DNA of 64,000 nucleotides from Octopus vulgaris (Eukaryota): positions 33,232,001 through 33,296,000 of the forward strand of contig OX597818.1 of the NCBI GenBank assembly GCA_951406725.2. Reading direction: 5' to 3'. The translations under genes were made by a program, and so were the position numbers. The notes below the pieces were generated by a model that saw only the letters and a program-made list of their open reading frames with translations, was not told the origin of the DNA and did not search any database. How positions within the stretch are numbered: the first letter of the stretch is position 1; each line of letters opens with the position of its first letter. This document shows, piece after piece, positions 40,112-53,799 of this stretch.

Positions 40112-41382
40112 GAGGGAAGTTCAATAAGTAATGCCCCTGACCCACTTGCAATTGTTTGATCTAGCTGAGATTTTGCATGTGCAATCAGTTATATCTCTAT
40201 AGAGTAAGTGGCAAATTACAGCTCTGAATTAATTGTGGTGTCTGATTTACAAGTGTGAAATGGAGCCTGTTGAGTGTCGAGCAGTGATCCGGTTTTTGTA
40301 TTTGAAAGGACGCACACCACGGGAGACTTTTGATGAAATGAAAGTAACTTATGGTGATGATGCCCCATCATATGACCTTGTAAAACGCTGGCATCGTGAA
40401 TTCAAACATGGTCGGAACTCTGTGGAAACAGCTCCCAGATCTGGTCGCCCCTTCTGCCATTGATGAGGCATCTGTCCCTCAAGTTGAGGCTGCCATTTTG
40501 GAAGATCGACGCATAATTATTCGCCAAATAGCCCATGAGGTCAAGATTAGTACCGGGTCTGTGGAAACTATCATTCATGACCATTTGCATATGCAAAAGG
40601 TGTCTGCCAGATGGATTCCCAGGTTGCTCACGCCTTTCCAGAAGCAAGAACGCGTCGAGTGCTCGAGGGTGAATTTGGAGATGTGCCAAGAAGATGAGTC
40701 AAGATTTTTCAAAAGACTGATTACACAGGATGAAACCTGGGTTCATCACGATGATCCAGAGACCAAAGCCCAGTCAATGCAGTGGAAGCACCGTGACTCA
40801 CCCCCTCCAAAGAAGGCAAGGGTGCAGCCCTCCGCTGGCAAGGTCATGCTCACAGTCTTCTGGGACCAGGACGGAGTAGTGATGACAGATTTCCTGGCAA
40901 AGGGTACCACAATTGCAGGAGCCTATTATGCTTCACTTTTGAGGAAATTAAGAGAAGTTATCAAAATCAAGAGGCGGGGCAAGATCAGCAAAGGCATCCT
41001 CCTCCTGCAGGACAACGCTCCGGTCCACAACTCGCTTGTCGCCAGATCAGAAGCACAGTCGTATGGCTATGAACTCCTCCCCATCCCCCCTACTTTCCTG
41101 ACCTTGCACCCTCTGATTTTCACCTCTTCCCAATCATGAAGTTGTTTTTGAAAGGAAAGCGTTTCCCAGATGATGCAGCCTTGATTTCTGAAGTCACGTT
41201 GAGGCTGAAGGACCAAGCTGGGTTCTTCTACAAAAACGGTCTCCAGATCCGCATCAAGCGATGGGAGAAATGCGTAACTCTGGGTGGTTCCTATGTAGAA
41301 AATGACTAATAACTGTGCCAAGTTTCGTTGCTCTACTGCTATGGGAAGTGGGTCAGGAGCATTACTTATTGAACGCCCCTCG
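40111..41382 (+). mobile_element. Full-length mariner (Tc1/mariner DD34D) transposon, probably irritans-like subfamily
   Basis: 37-bp TIRs CGAGGG(AA/GC)GTTCAATAAGTAATGC(C/T)CCTGACCCACTT with 3 mismatches; TA on both sides (40109-40110, 41383-41384); 1272 bp long. Confidence 0.95.
40260..41309 (+). pseudogene. Mariner transposase with two frameshifts
   Basis: MEPVECRAVIRFL..RSGRP / ..WIPRLL..ITQDETW..QDNAPVH.. / HPPYFPDLAPSDFHLF..RWEKCVTLGGSYVEND*. 34 residues between the second and third catalytic Asp after correction. Frameshifts at ~40450 and ~41081, both in C runs. Confidence 0.93.
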
Positions 41383-41393
41383 TACATATATCA

Positions 41394-41424
<31 letters not shown>

Positions 41425-41434
41425 ATATATATTC

Positions 41435-41766
41435 AGGAGCATTCCGTCGGTTGCGACGACGTGGGTCCCAGCTGATACGATGAACAGAATAGCTAGCTTG
41501 TGAAATTCACGTGCAAGTGGCTGAGCATTCCACAGACACGTGTACCCTTAACGTAGTTCTCGGGGAGATTCAGCGTAACACAGAGTATGACAAGGCTGGC
41601 CCTTTGAAATACAGGTACTACTCTTTTTTGCCAGGTGAGTGGACTGGAGCAACATGAAATAAACTGTCTTGCTCAAGGACAAAACGCATCGCCGGGAATT
41701 GACCTCACGAACTTACGACCTTTCGATCGCGAGCCGAATGCCCTAACCACTAAGTCACGCGCCTTA
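41435..41766 (-). mobile_element. SINE family C-related, different tail
   Basis: Same head and core; tail shared with 15825-16000 and 44385-44612. Confidence 0.75.
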
Positions 41767-43035
41767 CACACACAACACGCTTCCATGCTTTCCATCCACC
41801 ATATTCACTCACAAATCATTAATCGGCTAAGGACTACAGCAGAAAACACCTGCCCAAGTTGCCACATAGTGAGACTGAAGCAGAAATCTTGCGGCTGCAA
41901 AGCAAGTTTCGTAACCACAAAGCCATGCCTGCTGGTCTTGTCACCGAAGTTTTAAAACTTCAAACTTTATGGCTTCCAATTTATAAACTCTTACTTTTAC
42001 ATAACGCCAACGGTTCATGCCATTTCTTATCCGTGACAAGATTGCAAAAGGTGGAGTTAAAAGTGCTGCAAGGTAGTTTTTATTTTGGTTTATTGTCTCT
42101 AGATTGTTTGCAGACTTCTTACCATTTGCATTTTGCGGATAAAAATTCAAGATTGATAATAAACTTTCAGTAGTTATAATGATAGTATTAATAGCAATCG
42201 TAGCAGTATAAGTTAGTGTCATTGATAATGTCATTGCTATTACAGTTGATAATTGTATCTGTTGTTTTTGTTTGTGTTAGTATTACAGATAACTATGCTG
42301 ATATCACTTACTAACGTCATCATCTTATCATGCACGTAATGGCTTCCGCTCTTGGTATCAATTCTACTATTTTGGGAATTTAAATATCGCATGCAGTAAC
42401 TATGCAGGGCTTTATTCACACTTCCAAATAGAAACACGTAGACTTATACCTAGGCACATTCAAACATTAACTTGCAGAAGAATATATCTCGTACACACGC
42501 GCGCACACACTGACACCCTCGCGCACGCACACACACGCCAACACACGCACATACAAACACATGCATACATATACACATGTACGCAAATACAGGCGCACAC
42601 ATGCATATACACACAAGCACATATATACATATGTGTTTGTGAGTGCGTATAATTACATATACTCACATATATGTTTATTTCACACAAACACACAAGCGCA
42701 TTCATATGCACATACACGCAGATACAGATGCACACATACATACACACACAAGCATATATACACATATGTTTGTTGGTGCGTATACTTACATATACTCACA
42801 TATAAAATTATCACACACACAATAGAAACATACATACACACACACACACTCTCAAACAAATACAAACGCATATATACGTAATGATTACATGCATGAATAT
42901 AACCAAGAAGGATCGAATTATTACATATAGGTATGTGTGTGTTTGAGCGTTTGTGTGTGTATGTGGAATAAATATGTACGTACATATGTAATTATACGCA
43001 CCCACAAACACAAAGACACGCACACACACATATAC

Positions 43036-43445
43036 TCTTTTACACTTTTACTCTTTTACTTGTTTCAGTCATTTGACTGCGGCCACGCTGGAGCGCCGCC
43101 TTTAGTCGAGCAAATCGACCCAAGACTTATTCTTTTGGAAGTCTAGTACTTTTTCTATCGGTGCCTTTTGCTGAACCTCTAAGTTACGGGGACGGTTGTC
43201 AAGCAATGTTGTCAAGCAATGTTGGGGGAACAAACACAGACACACAAACATATACACACATACATATTTATATACATATATACGACAGGCTTCTTTCAGT
43301 TTCCATCTACCAAATCGACTCACAAGTCTTTGGTCGGCCCGAGGCTATAGTAGAAGACACTTGCCTAAGGTGCCACGCAGTGGGAATGAACCCGGAACCA
43401 TGTGGTTGGTAAGCAAGCTACTTACCACACAGCCACTCGTGCGCC
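43036..43445 (-). mobile_element. SINE family B, full length
   Basis: Aligns with 17718-18173. Confidence 0.85.
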
Positions 43446-43721
43446 TATATGTAATTATGTATATAAGCATATGCATATATGTATATCTAAGAATCTGCAA
43501 TTCTGTGTAGGTATGTGTATATATTTATATATATTTAATATTTGGATACACATTCATGCATACACACATGAATACACACAGAAGCGCATGTGCTCTCATG
43601 CAGGCACGCTGACTCAGGCGCAATCTCACAAACACGCGCGCACACACAAGATTTGCACGCACACGCACACACACATCCACACATACAGAAAGATTCCAGA
43701 TTCTTAATAATCCTTTATGCT

Positions 43722-43932
43722 ACGAGCACAAAGCCTGAAATTTGAGGGAAGGGTAGTCGTTACATCGATCCCAGTGCTTAACTGGTACTTATTTTTATAG
43801 ACCTCGAAAGGATGAAAGACAAAGTCGACCTTAGCGGAATTTGAACTCAGAACGTAGCAACAGCCAAAATACTTCTAAGTATTTCGCTCAGCGTGCTAAC
43901 GATACTTATTTCTTTATTACCCACAAGGGGCT
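43722..43932 (-). mobile_element. SINE family A-related fragments
   Basis: Core GAAAGGATGAAAGACAAAGTCGACC..GAATTTGAACTCAG. Confidence 0.7.
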
Positions 43933-44021
43933 ACATCAATATTGTTATTATATATCTCCTACGCCTCTTGTTTGTATTAATGATTGATTGATTGATAGGT
44001 AGATAGATAGATAGACATATC

Positions 44022-44612
44022 GCATGGCTCAGTGGTTAGAGTGTCTGGCTTACAATTAGGAGGTAGTGAGTTTGAATGCCAGACTGGACTGTGTATTGTG
44101 TTCTTGAGCAAGACACTTTATTTCACGTTGCTCCACTTCACTCAGCTGTAGAAATGAGTTGTGATCGCACTGGTGCCAAGCTGTATCGGCCTTTGCCTTT
44201 CCCATGGAAAACATCAGTGGCGTGTGGAGGAGAGGCTGGTATGAGAAAGTGCTGGTCTTCCATAAACAATCTTGCCCAGTATTGTGCCTCAGAGGTTAAC
44301 TTTTTAGGTGTAATCCCATGGTCATTCACGACCAAAGGGGATCTTTATTAGATAGATAGACCGACATATATATATATATAAATGGCACTACGTCGATTAC
44401 GAGTACACTTAAAATAGTTTTCAAGGATATTCAGCGTGACACAAGGCTGGCCCTTTCAAATAGAGGTACTTCTCATTTTCGCCAGGTGAGTGGACTGGAG
44501 AAACGTAAAAAAAATATCTTGCTCAAAAACACAACGCGCCACAAGGAATCGACCTAACAACCTTAATATCCTGAACTGAATACCCTGCACTACCTACTTA
44601 GCCACACACCTT
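44022..44612. mobile_element. Two family C-related SINEs in opposite orientation
   Basis: Plus copy 44022-44345 and minus copy 44385-44612. Confidence 0.7.
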
Positions 44613-44637
44613 CGCACATACATATATATAGAAGTAA

Positions 44638-45234
44638 ATATTTCTTTACTACCCACAAGGGGCTAAACATAGAGGGGACAAACATAGACAGACACGGATT
44701 AAGTCGATTACATCGACCCCAGTGCATAGCTGATACTTAATTTATCGACCCCGAAAGGATGAAAAGCAAAGTCGACCTCGACGAAATTTGAACACAGAAT
44801 GTAACAGCAGACGAAATACGGCTACGTATTTCTTTAGGGCCTAAACACAGAGGGGACGAACAAAGACAGACAAATGGATTAAGTCGATTATATCGACCCC
44901 AGTGAGTAACTGGTACTTATTTAATCGACCCCGAATGGATTAAAGGCAAAGTCGACCTCGGCGGAATTTTAACTCAGAACGTAGCGGCAGACGAAATACC
45001 AATTTCTTTACTACCCACAAGGGGCTAAACACAGAGGGGACAAACAAGGACAGAGAAACGGATTAAGTCGATTATATCGACCCCAGTGCGTAACTGGTAC
45101 TTATTTAATCGACCCCCGAATGGATGAAAGGTAAAGTTGACCTCGGTGGAATTTGAACTCAGAACGTAGCGGCAGACTAAATACTACAAAGCATTTCTCC
45201 CGGCGCGCTAACGTTTCTGCCAGCTCGCCGTCTT
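44638..45234 (-). mobile_element. SINE family A, trimeric copy
   Basis: Three tandem bodies and one head at ~45190-45232. Confidence 0.85.
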
Positions 45235-45869
45235 ATATATATACATGTATATATACACACACTCATATATAAATCTGTGTGTTTGTGCACGCGCTTGAAT
45301 TTTAGCATTTTTCTGTTTATTTGCATTTATTTGCATATATTCATTAATTTTTAGGACCAATTATCTTATCTGTTTTTCTTACGTATTATTTGTGTTATTT
45401 GCATTTGATCGTCATTGACTTTTTACTTGCAATTATAATGTATTTATAATCAGATTGTCCGTAGTTGTTTGTTACGTAGTTTTCATATTTTAAATATTCA
45501 TCAGCATTTATCGCATTTTATTTTGCATTTATTCATTGAGTTAGTAATTAATAATCGTATTTCAATCACGTATGTGACGATACAAAGTGAATGCATCTGA
45601 TTATGCTTGTATCAAATTGTTTGTGTAAGCATGCGTACGTTAGAGTGTGGGTATCTGTAGATACAATCAATGACATACGTGCGTTTGTTATATATATATA
45701 CATCTTTGTTATATACGAGCGGCTATATACAACATCCGTATGTGTATTTTCAATACAAATGAGGTACCTTCACTGTGTCGCTCATAGACTGGTATATGAA
45801 TTTTCTGCTCTTACATGAGCATTAAACAAAGCCAAAACGAGTTTTGTATGTGTGAATGTATATACACAA

Positions 45870-45957
<88 letters not shown>

Positions 45958-46146
45958 CGTGAAATCGAAAGAACGAACAGTCGAAATAACAAACAAGAGG
46001 ACGTATACATAGAATGTATTAGTTTGAGGACGCTCTGGAAAAAAGAGAAAATGTTTGATGTTTCGAGGATAGCCCTTCGTGAGAAAGGAAAACGAAGTCT
46101 AGAACAGGAAAAATATTGCCAAAGCACGTGTATGTGTGTGTTTGTA

Positions 46147-46200
<54 letters not shown>

Positions 46201-46832
46201 CAGTTGTGTGGCTGCGTTCATGCTCGAGCACCACTGGGATTTCTTTTTTTTTACTTTTACATATCACGCCTGCTCATTTCATAAATTTACATCTCATTAC
46301 AACTTTTAGTACTTGGTTATATTTTAGGTACATCTCTTCCTAACGAAACTGCTGTTGCTATTCTGTCTTTTGCGCAAGATAAAATAAGTAACATTTTTAT
46401 CTTGAAATAATCGATTCTTTCCCGAGAACAACTTGATTTATCATTGATGCATTACAGTGATAGAAACACGTACATTAATGAAATAATGCAAACAATTTCA
46501 ACTGGTTAATCGGATGGCGACTTAAGAGGTTCCCACCATTCAGTTTGCTGGGTAAGTAGGGTATTTGGACATCCATTATGTCGAGTCGCTGATAAATTCG
46601 TTTGTCTTTTGTATTTATGTCACTCTTTCCCTGTGTTATTTGAATTGACACCAGAAGTATTTTATCGAAATATTTTATGGCATTTTCTAGCTCTATTTCT
46701 CTTCAGCAAATTTTATTTATCATTTTCAAAATTTGGATATGTTTTAACTCTTTGCAAACATATCATAATAGAGTGCCAAATAGTTAATAACGAACGGATT
46801 CATCTGACATTATCAATAATAAAATGTAATAC

Positions 46833-47035
46833 CTATTTCTTTACTACCCACAAGGGGCTAAACATAGAGGGGACAAACAAAGACAGGCAAACGGATTAAG
46901 TCGACTATATCGACCCCGAAAGGATGAATGGCAAAGTGGACCGCGGCGGAATTTGAACTCAGAACGTAGCGGCAGGCAAAATACTGCTAAGCGTTTCGCC
47001 CGGCGTGCTAACGTTGCTGCCAGCTCGCCGCCTTA
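46833..47035 (-). mobile_element. SINE family A monomer with internal deletion
   Basis: Head at 46990-47035, tail at 46833. Confidence 0.8.
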
Positions 47036-47694
47036 AGTATAATACCTATTAATAATAAAATATAATACCTATTAAAGTGTGAAACAGGGTGAAGAGCGGA
47101 CAATTAAGCATACGTGGGGAATGGAGTGTCCTATTAGGTTATCTATCTATTTGGAACACAACGTGATGACGCAGACGATATGAAATGCATAACGGGATCA
47201 TCAAAAACCAGAAGTTGACTGACGGGTGAGAAAGATAGCGGAAAGAGGTTAAGTCTCTTGCTGTGCACAAATGGCTTCTTTAGTCTGCGAAAAGTCGCCA
47301 TGTTAATCATGTAGCAACTTCTATGAATTCAGATATGTCAAATATGTTACATTTTTTCCCTTGTATTTTTGTATTTCCTTTTTGTCTGACAGTTTTCCGA
47401 TGAGAACTAATTTAATCTTATGAAATTGAACATTTCTATCTTTCGAATTACCTTACCGCGAAGAACTTTTCGAATCAAAGAAATAGTTTCTTGTGGATGT
47501 AGAAGCATAACATATCTACTAGTGGAACCTGGAGAAATTCCACGGAACGAAAAAGATTAAGAAAAGCTATCTAAGAAAGAAAGGATGATTTTCATTATTA
47601 TTTGTTTTGTTGTTTTTATTTTTCGTTTTTTTTTTTTTTTTTTTTTTTGCTAAATTCTTTCACTTCCAGTCACAGTAATATAGTATAGGATTTT

Positions 47695-48301
47695 AAGGCG
47701 GTGAGCTGGCAGAAACGTTAGCACGCCGGGCGAAATGCTTAGCGGTATTTCGTCTGCCGTTTCGTTCTGAGTTCAAATTCCGCCGAGATCGACTTTGCCT
47801 TTCACCCTTTCGGGGTCGATTAAATAAGTACCAGTTACGCACTGGGGTCGATATAATCGACTTAATCCGTTTGTCTGTCCTTGTTAATCCTCTCTGTGTT
47901 TAGCCCCCTTGTGGGTAGTAAAGAAATATGTATTTCGTCTGCCGTTAACGTTCTGAGTTCAAATTCCGCCGAGGTCGACTTTGCCATTCATCCTTTCGGG
48001 GTCGATAAATTAAGTACCAGCTACGCACTGGGGTCTATATAATCGACTTAATCCGTTTGTCTGTCCTTGTTAATCCTCTTTGTGTTTAGCCCCTTGTGGT
48101 TATTAAAGAAATAGGTATTTCGCCTGCCGCTACGTTCTGAGTTCAAATTCCGCCGAGGTCGACTTTGCCTTTCATCCTTTCGGGGTCGATTAAATAAGTA
48201 CCAGTTAATCACTGAGGTCTATGTAATCGACTTAATCCCTTTATCTGTCCTTGTTTGTCCCCTCTATGTTTAGCCCCTTGTGGGCAATACAGAAATTAAT
48301 A
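47695..48301 (+). mobile_element. SINE family A, trimeric copy with TSD
   Basis: One head GGCGGTGAGCTGGCAGAAACGTTAGC, then three ~185-bp bodies (GAGTTCAAATTCCGCCGAGGTCGACTTTGCCTTTCATCC...). 21-bp TSD AGTAATATA(G/T)TATAGGATTTT at 47674-47694 and 48302-48322. Confidence 0.85.
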
Positions 48302-48581
48302 AGTAATATATTATAGGATTTTAGAATTTCCCTCTGCTAAGCTCTTTATATTTCTCTCTTTCTTTTCTACCCCTTGAAAGAAAAAACCCCATTTCAACCA
48401 CGTAATTTCCCACTGCATGTCTTTAACATTTCTCTCCTTCTTTTCATCTTTCTCTCCCCACCCTACAGCATGCCATTAGCACTTCTCTCTCACACTTTTC
48501 TCTCGCCGTCTTTGACTTTCATTGCTCTTCAGATCTTAGTGTGTTACTTTGAATGGAATATTCTATTCATTGCCATCTCTG

Positions 48582-48625
<44 letters not shown>

Positions 48626-48721
48626 CCATTCTCTCACTCTCTCATATACACACGCACCTCTCCAACTAGGTAAGTTACAAAGGGCGAAACAAGCAAACAG
48701 ATTATTATATAGATTATCGGA

Positions 48722-49110
48722 AAGTGGCGAGTTGGCAGAATCGTTTGCACGCCGGGCGACATACTTAGTGGTATTTCATCTGCTTTTACGCACTGAGTTC
48801 AAATTTTGCCGAGGTCGACTTTGTTTCATCCTTCCGGGACTCGATAAATTAAGTACCAGTTACGTCGTACTCGGGACGATCTAATCGATCCCTCCCCTCC
48901 CTCAAAAATTCGGGCCTTGTGCTTAGAGTAGAAACGAATCGTTTGCACGCTGGACGAAATGCTTAGCGGTATCTCCCTGGTCGCTATGTTCTGAGTTCAA
49001 ATTGCCATTCATCCTTTCGGGGTCGATAAACTAAGTACCAGTGAAACACTGGGGTCGACTTAATCCTCTCCCCTCATATTTCAAACCTTGTGCCTATAGC
49101 AGCAAGGATT
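48722..49110 (+). mobile_element. SINE family A-related tandem pair
   Basis: GAATCGTTTGCACGC repeated at 48738 and 48936. Confidence 0.7.
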
Positions 49111-50176
49111 ATATAGACTATTTTTTACTCTTCTTCAGTCATCAGACTATGGCCATGTCGTAGCATTGCCTACAAGAATTTTTAGTTGAATGAATCGATC
49201 CCAGCAAATTTTTTTTTCAGAGACTAGCAATTATTCTATCGAACTCTTTATACCGAACTGCAATGTTACAGGAAGTAAACACACCAACATATATTCAGAT
49301 GTAATTTTTATATACTCACGCATATATATTTTTTTCAAAATAGTAGTGTACCATTTTGTACGGTACTGCTATGCAGTCCAGTACGCTAGTTAAAGCTTTT
49401 TATGCTGCCGTACATTTGTACTTTATATAGTTTATTTATTGTATTTATTTATATATTTGTGTGTCTGCTACTCCTAATTGAATATTTGAAAGTATAATGT
49501 ATTTCAGTTGATTAAGTCTATTTCAGGATTTTGGTATTTCAACTAATCCATGCCAACCATTAAAAGTTTTGTAAACTGGAAGTGCAAAAAAAGAGGGAGG
49601 AGAGCAGGAAAGAAAATCAAAGGAAATCTACACATTAATTCTCTTTAACAGCGTAGGAAGTAGTGAATAAACGAATACAAGAATAAGAAAAACCAAAATA
49701 ACAACTTTAATTACAAGTTTAGCGAATACCACATCTATTAATTTCGCAAAATATAAGACCTAAAATTCAAACAAACATATTAACAGTAGAGATGGCGATA
49801 ATAGCGAAAGTAAGAAAAACGAGGAAAAAATTATTGGCAGCGAACTTAATCAATAGTTATTTGGCTGAATTCCCGACAAACTTCGCTTCACCTTCAGGCG
49901 AAAGTCTAATCGTTCTCAGTTCAGCTGATATAAGACAGTACAATGCACTTGTTTTTCAGAAGTTCAAGCAATATTGCTTTGTCTTTCATTGCTTTTCAGA
50001 TTTTAGTGTGTTATTTTAAATGGAATCTTCTATTCTTTGAATAATTTACATCACCAAAGAGTCTTTGTTTTCGAAATATGTAGCGCATATACGCGCGGTT
50101 ATGTACTCATTTCACACATGTACAAATATATAAAATACAGAAATATATATGCATGTGCAGAAAGACACAGAAACAA

Positions 50177-50223
<47 letters not shown>

Positions 50224-50254
50224 TCTTCAATAACCACATATATTGCTTTCAAAT

Positions 50255-50865
50255 TTTGGTACAAGGCCATCAGGTTTTGAGGAGCGAGAAAGTCGATTCC
50301 ATCGATCCCAGTACTTGACTGGTACTTATTTCCTGAACACCCAAAGGATGAAAGACAAAGTTGACCGCGGCTGACTGGATTTGAACTCAGAATGTGAAGA
50401 CGAAGGAAATTACCCCAGACATTCCGCCGGCGTGCTAAAGATTCTTATTTCTTTATTGCCCACTAGGGACTAAACACAGAGGGGACAAACAAGGACAGAC
50501 ATACAGATTAAGTCGATTACATCGACTCCAGTATGTAACTGGTACTTAATTTATCGATCCCGAAAGGATGAAAGGCAAAGTCGACCTCAGTAGAATTTGA
50601 ACTCAGAACGTAACGACAGAAGAAATACCTATTTCTATTTCTTTACTACTCACAAGGGGTTAAACACACAGAGAGGACAAACAAGGACAGACAAACGTGT
50701 TAAGTCGATTATATCGACCCCAGTAACTTGTACTTATTTAATCGACCCCGAAAGGATGAAAGGCAAAGTCGACATCGGCGGAATTTGAACTCAGAACGTA
50801 ACGACAGAAGAAGTACCGTTGAGCATTCCGTCACCGTGCTAAAGATTCTGCCCGCTCGCTGCCTT
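50255..50865 (-). mobile_element. SINE family A cluster (dimer plus a decayed copy)
   Basis: Repeated GAAAGGATGAAAGGCAAAGTCGAC..GAATTTGAACTCAGAACG. Confidence 0.8.
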
Positions 50866-51367
50866 AACGATATATATTCAATATGATGCACACAAACAGA
50901 TATATATTCATTATTTTGCCTCACTCGGGGACGTACTTCGTTAGAGACTGATTGAAATGTATTCCCGTCGGTTAAGTAATATATTCGTATACTAGGGATA
51001 GGGAAAAATGTTATGTTTTAATCGTAAAAAAGACGTGGTAATTTGCACATTGTCAGGAAACTGGTAGGATAGAGAAATCTCAAAAGAACTAGCAACGGTG
51101 AAGATGATGGTTATTGAGAATTGGCTAGGTGTCATTAATACCGATAGGGAGTTCCCAAATGGAGTGAATGTGACTAACATGGGTGGCGACAAGTGCGGAG
51201 TGATGAAGACATAAGAATTGTTACAACGGAGAAGTGTGGCAAAGTAAGATTGGGAACAGAAACAAAGATACTTGAAGGGAGGCTTATACATGATCATACA
51301 CATGATCACACTCCTGTGAACATGGACATCTGATACATACTGAAAATTCATCGAGAAAAAGAACCTA

Positions 51368-51422
<55 letters not shown>

Positions 51423-52441
51423 ATCTATCTATCCCTTTTTTTATTTTATTTTTTTTTTTGTTCTTTTCTTCCCTTTTACGATCCCTCTTGATCGAAAACC
51501 TACGCCACCCCCCCTTTTTTGTTTCTTTTGTTTTTTGTTTTTTTCATCCCCCAAAAGAAAAGCTCTAAGCTCTACCTTGTAACTTGTCCCATCTGTGTGC
51601 AGCCCTGTGTGGCCAATAAAGAAACTTATCTATATCTATCTATCTATCTACATACACAAACGCATATATATGTTTATAATAAATAATTAAATAAATAAAT
51701 ATATATATACATACAAGGCAAGGCATAGACAATGGTCATTACGTGTTTCTTTATTGTAGTAAATTTGGCTTACAGCTGTTTCCAGTAGTCATCGTAGGTT
51801 CGTTACTGAGAGGTTTACTCAATTTAGCCCATTGATCGAGTGTGAAAAATTGAACATCCTCGGAAATTAATGCTACTTTCGTGAGAGTCATTTCTGGTTA
51901 TAGCCAAGCAGCACAACGAAAGAATGGTACAGGCATGGGGAGGGGAGTGAAGAGAAGCAATAAGTATCAGGTAAGTGAAAGAGAGATAATAAAGAAAGGG
52001 GAAGAGAAATGATGATTTGTAAAAGAACTAAAGGAAAGAAGGAAATAGAGGAAATAATAGAGGAGAGGAGGTATGCGACAGAAGACGGGACAGAGGGTGA
52101 CCGAAATTAAGGAGGAGACAGTCATAAAAACATTAGGGTTTGTAACTAGGTCAGCATACGCAAAAAACATTTGTATTGTCTTCAGGTCAATTACTATTCA
52201 GGTATTGTGTTGAAATTTGATATAGGTCACTTACTCTCATAGTGAACTTAAATCTTTAATATTTGGTCGTTCATACTATTTCACCCTGCGAATTGTGTAA
52301 GGAAAAAAAATGAATGAAAAATATTATATTATGGTGGGGAGTTACAGAAAGATTTGGTAAGAGTGGATATTAGATAGTGATAGAGGGGGAAAATATGAGG
52401 TTAAAAATGAAAATCGTATAAAATAACAGTTATTTTAAAAA

Positions 52442-52552
<111 letters not shown>

Positions 52553-52772
52553 CACATACATTATAAATACATACAATCAGAAAAAGGAGAAAACTTGATT
52601 AATCAAAAGTTTTCTCCATTTTCTTATTATTTAAATTCTATTTCTGATAAACTTTTGTTTATTCTGTTGTTACCTGTACCCTATTAGCATTGTGTGCCTG
52701 CATACTCGTGCCCAGGGATTGCATAGGTATTTGATACCGATAGTAAGAACGGATACTATTATCCCTTAGACG

Positions 52773-52925
52773 GATAGATCGCTAGCCACTACACACATTT
52801 TTTTCTCTCCTTTTTTTCCCTCGTTGTTTCTCTCCCTTGTTTCTTTCTGTGTTCCTTTCTGTGAAAAAGCGTAAGCTCGAAACGTTGAAGACTTTTTCAG
52901 TTCCCGAGCGTTATACTAATACATC
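52773..52925 (+). mobile_element. Short repeat with minimal-HHR-like motif (same family)
   Basis: GATAGATCGCTAGCCACTACACACATT...CTTTCTGTGAAAAAGCGTAAGCTCGAAACGTTGAAGAC...TTCCCGAGCGTTATACTAATACA. Confidence 0.65.
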
Positions 52926-53539
52926 AGTTTAGCAACCCCCAAAAAGATGTAAGGGAAATTTGACATCGATGGCATTTGAACTCATAGTACAAGTTCAGAA
53001 CAAATGCCACTTGGCTTTCTGCTTCCTCTTTAACATTCAAGTTAAACCAAGAATGAACGTTGTCAGATGAAACTATAAAGCATTATATTGCCCAGTACAT
53101 AGTAATACACACGCACGCGTGCACAAACACACACGTACACACATAATGAAAGTAAGCTTGTCACGTTTCGTCGATGCCAATACTAAGTTTCAATCAACTG
53201 AATTCACACCTCCATTGCTGAATTCCCGGGATTCTTGCATTCTGAATGCAATTGTCGTGCAGGATCAACTTGATGCACTACCATCCGGTGTTGCTACATT
53301 TTCATCTATCCCATTTTGCTCTGGAATCCATAATGATATTTTGCAGTTCAATATTATAAGTACCGTGAAAGTATTATTCATCTTTGTGCACGTTGTGTGA
53401 GGTAAAACAGGAAATAATTTGCTAAAAATGGTATAGGCTTCCAAATACTTAGTATAATTGATATTTTGGCTTTTGGTTTGTGTCAGGTTCGGTCTTATTC
53501 CTGGTAGGGATTCTGTGGATAGCGGTTTACAACTGATGA

Positions 53540-53788
53540 CCTTAGGTATCCACAGGGAAAAAGAACAAGAAAAGATTGAAAAATACGGACAACTAAAGCA
53601 TAAAATCGCAGGAGTATCGACTATAAGGAGAGTGTCTGTCGTTCCAGTATTTATAGGAGCACTCAGAGCACTAATAACGAAGTTCGAAAAATATGTCAGA
53701 GAAATCAGAATTGACATGAGAAGAGATTAAGCCCCCAAAACTGAGCTGCTGGGGACAGCTAGGATTTTGAGATTGGTAATTGGACGTT
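53540..53788 (+). mobile_element. R4/Dong-type (restriction-like endonuclease) non-LTR retrotransposon C-terminal fragment
   Basis: KEQEKIEKYGQLK..VSVVPVFIGALRA..KTELLGTARILRLV. Confidence 0.8.
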
Positions 53789-53799
53789 TTCAACAGTCT

